From: Tubiluchus corallicola
Taxonomy: Eukaryota; Animalia; Priapulida
NCBI GenBank assembly: GCA_030141605.1
Contig: JAQGDQ010000006.1
Coordinates: forward strand, 1,384,687-1,448,686
DNA length: 64,000 nucleotides
Direction: 5' to 3'
Shown: positions 58,887-64,000 of the stretch, piece after piece
Layout: each line of letters opens with the position of its first letter
How positions within the stretch are numbered: position 1 is the first letter of the stretch
Made by a program: the position numbers and the translations under genes
Notes under the pieces: model-generated
What the model saw: only the letters and a program-made list of their open reading frames with translations
Databases searched by the model: none
What the model was told of the DNA's origin: nothing

Positions 58887-61526
58887 GGAATTGTGAAAAA
58901 CCGGCTTCGCGTCAGACTTGAACTGCACTTCCAGCTCAAGGAGTACACCACGGTGGGTGCTGAGAGCTAGCCTGCGTTGACTCTTGGGTGCCAGCTTAAT
59001 CTGGTTGTAGGCATTAGCAAGGTCGATCTTCGTGTAGCCATATCCGCCTCCGAGCTTCTGCATCAGTTCCTCTGGGAGTGGCATCGGATGATGGTGGTCC
59101 TCTAGCTGATCATTGATGCCGACTGAGTAGTCACGACAGATCTGCAGTGATCTGCAGTTTGGCCTCCTGAGTGCCCGGAGTGTAAGCTTTACGAATCTGT
59201 ACCACTGGCGTTCCACTCAAGGAGTACACCACGGTGGGTGCTGAGAGCTAGGCTGCATTGACTCTCGGGTGCCAGCTTAATCTGGCTGTAGGCATTAGCA
59301 AGGTCGATCTTCGTGTAGCCATATCTGCCTCTTAGCTTCTGCATCAGTTCCTCTGGGAGTGGCATCGGATGACGGTGGTCCTCTAGCTGATCGTTGATGC
59401 TGACTGAGTAGTCACCACAGATCTGCAGTTTGGGCTCCTGAGTGCCTGGAGTGTAAGCTGTAGAAATCGGTACCACTGGCGTTCCGTTTTCGTTGAACTG
59501 GACTGACTTTCAGGCACCTTTGGCGATCCCTTCTTCGTAACCTTTAGCTAGGTCATCATGAAGAGCGAATGGAACCGGTCGTGCCTTGTGAAAAACCGGC
59601 TTCGCATCAGACTTGAACTTCAATTCCAGCTCGAAGTCCTTAAGACACCCCTATTCTTCTTTGAAGAGATCTGGGAACTCATCACACAGGTTGTGGCAAT
59701 CTCGTTGCAGGGAAGCATAAGACGTATCAGAGGTCTTCGGATGTGACGTTTTTACACCCTCTCTCTTGTCTTGACTCTCTATGCTCCTCAGTCCCAGAGC
59801 ATTGTCTACAGAAATTCCCAGAATCTGGAACTGTTTTGTCCCGGCAGGTTCAGGCAGGGATCTTGGTGATGGTGTAGGGAATTGAGCTTTGTTTACCAGT
59901 CTTTGGACCCTTTGTCTGGCCCGTGAAAGTTCCCAGCACTGGCAGGTCGTGCTTGCTGGCAGACTCGTAGTGATGTCTGACGTCATCCAGCTTTGGCTTT
60001 CCTAGTTGTTTCCAGACCAGCACTGAAACGAAATTTCCCATGGTTGCAGTGTCCATCTTGAACTGTTGGTCTTGGATGTTGACTTAGACATCCAAACTAG
60101 GAGTCTTCAGGAACTTCACCGAGGATCGCCTTACAAGCTCAGCCTTTGTGATTCTCCTCACGGACTTTCCAGATTTTTGGTCCCATTGCTGTCATTGCTT
60201 CTTCATGCAAACAGCCTCCAAATGTCCTTTCTTGTCACAGAAATGGCACTTGGCATCTTTGTAGGGACAGTCATTCACTTTGTGGGCCTTTCCACAATGG
60301 TAGCACTTTGTATCCATGTTTGTGGAATTTGACTGCTGATGGTTCCTTCGTTGACCCTTGTTCTGCTTCAGCTCGACTTTGTTGACGGGTCTGGTCTTGG
60401 AACCGTAGACAGTTTCCTTGGAAACCTTTGCCGCATCTTCAGTCTCGATAGCGACTTGGACAGCACTGGTGAAAGGCAGATCTTCATCCTTGATCTTGAA
60501 GATAGCTTTCAAGACAGTTTCGTTATTGTCAGAGCATATGAATCTCTGCCTCAGAGCTTCATCTTGTGGGTCTTGGATTGAAGAAAAGTCACAGGTAGCA
60601 GTGTCTTGGCATATGCGAGTTGCTAACTCCTGGAGAGTTTCGCCTGGCTTCCATTGCATGTCACTCCGGAACTTGAAATATTCTCACACAATGAAGAGTT
60701 TCGGGTCAAACTGTTCCTTTATAAAGTCTATAATCTCGTCTATCGTCAGTTTGTTGATATCCTTGGATGGAGACTGTTGAGTCGCTAGATTCGCCTGTTG
60801 TTTGTAGATGGCAGCAGTGTGATTTGTCAGGAAAACTTGAGCCTTGTGTTGGTCAGGCACTGCGTTTGCTGCCACGAAGGTACAAAATCTTGACCAGTAG
60901 TCAGGCCACAGTTCAGAAGTTGGACAAAAAGCAGCAAATGGTGGAATACCAGCTGTAAGTGCCGATACGAATGGAAAACGAGTGCTTCAACTGGCATCAT
61001 CTTCAAGAGTTCGAGGCTGTAGCAACCTCCTCATAGCGTCCATCTGTTCCCTATGGAGATCCATTTGTTCCTTATGCTGCTGCGTGAGGAACTTGATAAG
61101 TTCGCCCATCTGCTCTGCCATCATTGCTAGGATAAACAACTGTCCACTTAGTCACCAAGGATCCTGTCGACTGTGCCAAAATTTGTTGTGTTTTGTTTCT
61201 CTCGGAAGGCTCGTAGAGAAAAACCAGAAAACACGTCGTCAAGTTAAACTAGTTTATTATACGAGAATTCTACAACACGAAAGTATGAAGGAACATGAAA
61301 TGTTTACAGTAAATGTGATAATCTGGAAACGTGAAAGCGAGAAAGCGTATCTGAGAATACAAGGATACAAGAGAATAAACTTCAGCGGCCAGCTCCGCCT
61401 TACATATCAGTGCAAATCAACCATCTAGAAAGCACTACGCGCATCGCGTATAGAAGGTTCTCGAATCTTCTACAAGGTAAGAAGATTGTTCTACTATACT
61501 ATAGAATATTCCAGATCTCCACAACA
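58887..61526 (-). mobile_element. Second Gypsy element inserted in the outer element's gag; 5' LTR 61184-61526, gag-protease-partial RT, 3' half missing
   Basis: The LTR is followed by PBS TGGCACAGTCGACAGGAT (tRNA-Ser-like). gag has two CCHC knuckles (CYHCGKAHKVNDC, CHFCDKKGHLEAVC); protease MDTA; RT N-terminus ICGDY...KIDLANAY. Many stops and frameshifts. Confidence 0.88.
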
Positions 61527-62830
61527 GGTTTAGGTGAAAAATGATCCTGCAGAGCCTTAGTTATGTGGTCAAAAGTCTTCTCACTGGGTTTTGTAGGCGC
61601 CAAAACGTTTCTCAGTGTACCGCATGCTTTAGCGCCCAGTGAACTAAGCAACACTGCTTTCTGCTTATCAGCCTCTACAACACCATTAGCGATAAAAAAA
61701 CTGTTGTAACCTTTCCAATTTACATTCGAACGGCTCGTTCGACTCGTCGAATGTTCCAATTTTTCCTGTCAGTGACATTTTGTCAAAAACTCGTCGCCAT
61801 TTGTCAGAAATTGGATGAACACACAGATAAAACAGAAAACTAAACTCAAAACGTAATGGCGGGTTACAAGACAACCTTTATTCTCTAATGCGCGTGCGTG
61901 CTTCAAGAGAGCTATATAAAGATATAAAGATTACGTGATTACAAGCGCTACAGCCCTAAAACCGACAAGTCCTAGCCCTACAGATGTAGTTGTGACATAT
62001 TATTTCTGTAAAAATAATGTGTGGTATGAATTGTTCATACAGTATCAGCAGAATCTCTTAGTAGGATAGATGTTACACCTCTGGCCGATTTCCCGGGGGG
62101 GTGGGGATTTCCCCGGGGGGGTGGGGAAAAACACCCCTAAAAAAGTGCGAAAATCCGGGAAAACCCCTAAAAAAGTGTGAAAACCCGTGTGAAAGTGCGC
62201 ACGTGACCGAAATCGACGAAAAAGCGCGAAAAACAAAGAAAAACGAAGAAAAGGCGTGTGAAACGAGGTAAAAATTTTCCATTTTTTCCCTCCCGCATGG
62301 CTTCATTTGGATCGAATGACCTTGAACTCTAGGTCACGTGACCAAAGTTCATTGACCCCTGGCCCCTGGATGGCTTCTTTTTTTGACGCTCCATTTTAAA
62401 CCGCGCGAAAGCGCGAGAAAGCGCGAGAAAGTGTCTGAAAGCGCGTGAAAGCCCGTGAAAGCGCGCGAAAGCGTGTGAAAGTGTGTGAAACGAGGTAAAA
62501 AGCGCCTCAAAGGAAGAAAAAGGGAGAAGTGGAGTTCCCGCCGAGGACTAATTAGTGCTAATTGGCGCTAATTGGCGCTAATTGGGGAGCCCCTGCCACC
62601 CCTCCGCCGCGTGCAAACGTCCGTCCCGGGGGTCGGGGACACCCCCCCCCCTGCAACCCACCCCTCCGTCGCATGGAATCGTCCACTGCAGGCAATGAGG
62701 GAAATCTTTTTCCCGCCACTCGCGCAGTGCCGGCCCTTTTCCGCGACCACTTCTCTCTCTCGGGTGCCCTCCCTTTTCCGCGACCACTTCTCTCGCGGGT
62801 TTAGATGTGTGTGTGTGTGTGTGTGTGCGT

Positions 62831-62976
62831 GTGGAGATTTATTTCAAATGCCAAAGTTCGATAAATGCATTTTCACAAATCTTTTTTATTGATGGATTAC
62901 AGGTGTGGAGATTTATTTCAAACGCCAAAGTTCGATAAATGCATTTTCACAAATCTTTTTTTATTGATGGATTACA
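62831..62976. repeat. ~72-bp direct repeat x2, each carrying a minus-strand AATAAA downstream of the TBP-like ORF
   Basis: GTGGAGATTTATTTCAAA(T/C)GCCAAAGTTCGATAAATGCATTTTCACAAATCTTTTTTATTGATGGATTACA occurs twice. Confidence 0.9.
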
Positions 62977-63114
62977 AAAAATTTTTTTACATTTTTTATG
63001 CAAAATACATACGTGCTAAAACTAGATTATTATTATTATTATTATGGTGACATGATAGTTCTACATTTTACGTTTTTTTCGCAAATTACACAAATTACAA
63101 AAATTACAGTAAAA

Positions 63115-63696
63115 CTACACTAATGACGACGAGCGAGTACATGGATTGTCGTCGATGCGATACAGACAAACGTTATTGTTGTTAAAAACGAATTCGTTAA
63201 ATTTGCGGAAAACGCGAGAGAAATCCTCGACCTTTGTCCCGCCCATCATTATTATGCTTCCGGTGTGAAAAATGTTCAGAGTAATTTGCTCGCATTTGCA
63301 AGTTAGTTTGGGAAATAGTTCCACTTCGTAAAACACTTCTCTAAAAGAATGCGTCGAAGGACGAACGAGTTCTTCGTACAGTGCACCCAGTTTCAATCTG
63401 CAGCGAATTTTGGCTCTGGCGGTGATGGTGCGAATTGCGATCCCGTCGGCGGGCGTCAGTCTGAGACTTTTCGAGAGTTCTTCGATCGCATTGCGTAGTA
63501 CTTTTTCCTCCGAAAAACCGTTGGCCACCACGGAGCCGGAGGCAAAAATCATCAGCGTCCCGCCCAGTCGCTTTAGCAGAAGCATTTGCGGTTTCCTTTC
63601 GTAGCGTCTTCCGCCCGTTCTCCGCCGGAGTTCGTTCAGATCGAAGCGCTGCGAGAACGAAGCCGTGGCGACGATGTTGACCGTTTGGACTGACAC
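63115..63696 (-). CDS. Divergent TATA-box-binding protein-like protein (~193 aa core; open frame extends to 63945)
   Basis: Two TBP repeats: VNIVATA...FDLNEL...TLMIFASGSVVANG and IRTITA...LKLGAL...FYEVELFPKL...TLNIFHTGSIIMMGG. Intronless. There is no ATG before the domain; the likely start is GTG at 63696 (TAAC-GTG-TCA). Confidence 0.85.
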   Translation of the reverse strand: MSVQTVNIVATASFSQRFDLNELRRRTGGRRYERKPQMLLLKRLGGTLMIFASGSVVANGFSEEKVLRNAIEELSKSLRLTPADGIAIRTITARAKIRCRLKLGALYEELVRPSTHSFREVFYEVELFPKLTCKCEQITLNIFHTGSIIMMGGTKVEDFSRVFRKFNEFVFNNNNVCLYRIDDNPCTRSSSLV

Positions 63697-63998
63697 GTTA
63701 GAACGTAGTTGGCAATCGTTTCGGACGCCCGAATCGCTCTGCCTCGTCCGTTGCTCTGCCAACGTATGGCGGGCGGCGGGTGCTCGCTTTCCAGATCCTC
63801 TACGCGTATGACCATGCGATTTTTGGGGAGATGTTTTTTGACGAAATCGTACATCTCTGCTCCCTTGACGTAGGTGATCCTGCCTCTGGTGGTCTGTCGT
63901 AGAATGTTTTCCAATTCTGCGTACTCGATCATTCCCTCCTCCCACGAGATGCCGTGTATGTGTCTGATTAGGTAGTTGTAGGTGGATCGCTTGTGCTG
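63636..63998 (-). CDS. 5'-partial virus/Polinton-type accessory ORF (possible DEDDh/DnaQ-like exonuclease fold)
   Basis: The frame is open from the window edge: QHKRSTYNYLIRHIHGISWEEGMIEYAELENIL...ITYVKGAEMYDFV...VEDLE. I recognise the HG[IL]xWxxG and YVKGxE motifs, from memory, from a family seen in Mavericks and invertebrate dsDNA viruses. Confidence 0.6.
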   Translation of the reverse strand, partial: QHKRSTYNYLIRHIHGISWEEGMIEYAELENILRQTTRGRITYVKGAEMYDFVKKHLPKNRMVIRVEDLESEHPPPAIRWQSNGRGRAIRASETIANYVLTCQSKRSTSSPRLRSRSASI

Positions 63999-64000
63999 GG

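Larger units (their letters stand above)
56788..61943 (-). mobile_element. Gypsy (Mag-like) LTR retrotransposon, outer element, defective; LTRs 56788-56910 and 61802-61943
   Basis: Matching TG..CA LTRs and perfect 5-bp TSD AGCGC (56783-56787, 61944-61948). PBS TGGCGACGAG (tRNA-Ser GCU type) at 61799-61790; PPT AAGAGGGGAAAAG at 56923-56911. The gag start MSLTGKIGTFD is at 61778; RNase H and integrase remnants span ~58886-57324. Confidence 0.93.
62060..64000. mobile_element. Left end of a putative Polinton/Maverick-like (endogenous dsDNA virus-like) element, continuing beyond the window
   Basis: Abrupt shift to GC/CpG-rich DNA at an AGTAG terminus, then ~0.9 kb of non-coding DNA packed with short tandem repeats (TIR-like), then compact, intronless, overlapping ORFs of viral character. 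pPolB, capsid, ATPase and integrase genes are not visible in the window. Confidence 0.62.

Noticed and set aside
62130-62180. CCCCTAAAA as telomeric repeat or chromosome end
   Set aside because: Only two copies, within a ~30-bp repeat; not a tandem TTAGGG/TTAGG array.
63115-63696. The host's canonical TBP or TRF2 gene
   Set aside because: It is intronless, far too divergent from the highly conserved animal TBP core, and lies in a GC-rich insert within another gene's intron.
63697-63945. N-terminal 83 aa of the listed 276-aa TBP ORF as real protein
   Set aside because: It is R/Q/H-rich shadow sequence of the overlapping ORF in another frame; TBP similarity begins only at ~63696.

Overview
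AT-rich, intron-containing genomic DNA from a non-vertebrate animal. It holds five host genes: the 3' part of UBE2T (+); a single-coding-exon ankyrin-repeat gene with a FEM1-type C-terminal BC/Cul2 box, nested antisense in a UBE2T intron; a multi-exon C2H2 zinc-finger gene (-); a complete vasa/DDX4 gene (+); and a two-TM guanylyl cyclase with a NIT (nitrate/nitrite-sensing) domain (+) that runs off the right edge. Introns and spacers carry many transposon relics: Academ-like, Sola2-like, pogo/Tigger, hAT and Harbinger-like MITEs, a Helitron, nested Gypsy elements and a solo LTR. The most notable signal starts abruptly at ~62060, inside the NIT-GC intron. It is a GC-rich element with an AGTAG terminus and a repeat-rich terminal region, and it carries an intronless, compact, divergent TATA-binding-protein (TBP) homolog overlapping a virus-like accessory ORF. 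My best reading is the end of a Polinton/Maverick-type endogenous virus carrying its own TBP-like factor. The hallmark Polinton genes lie outside the window, so that assignment is inference. All family calls rest on motif recognition by eye; no searches were run.
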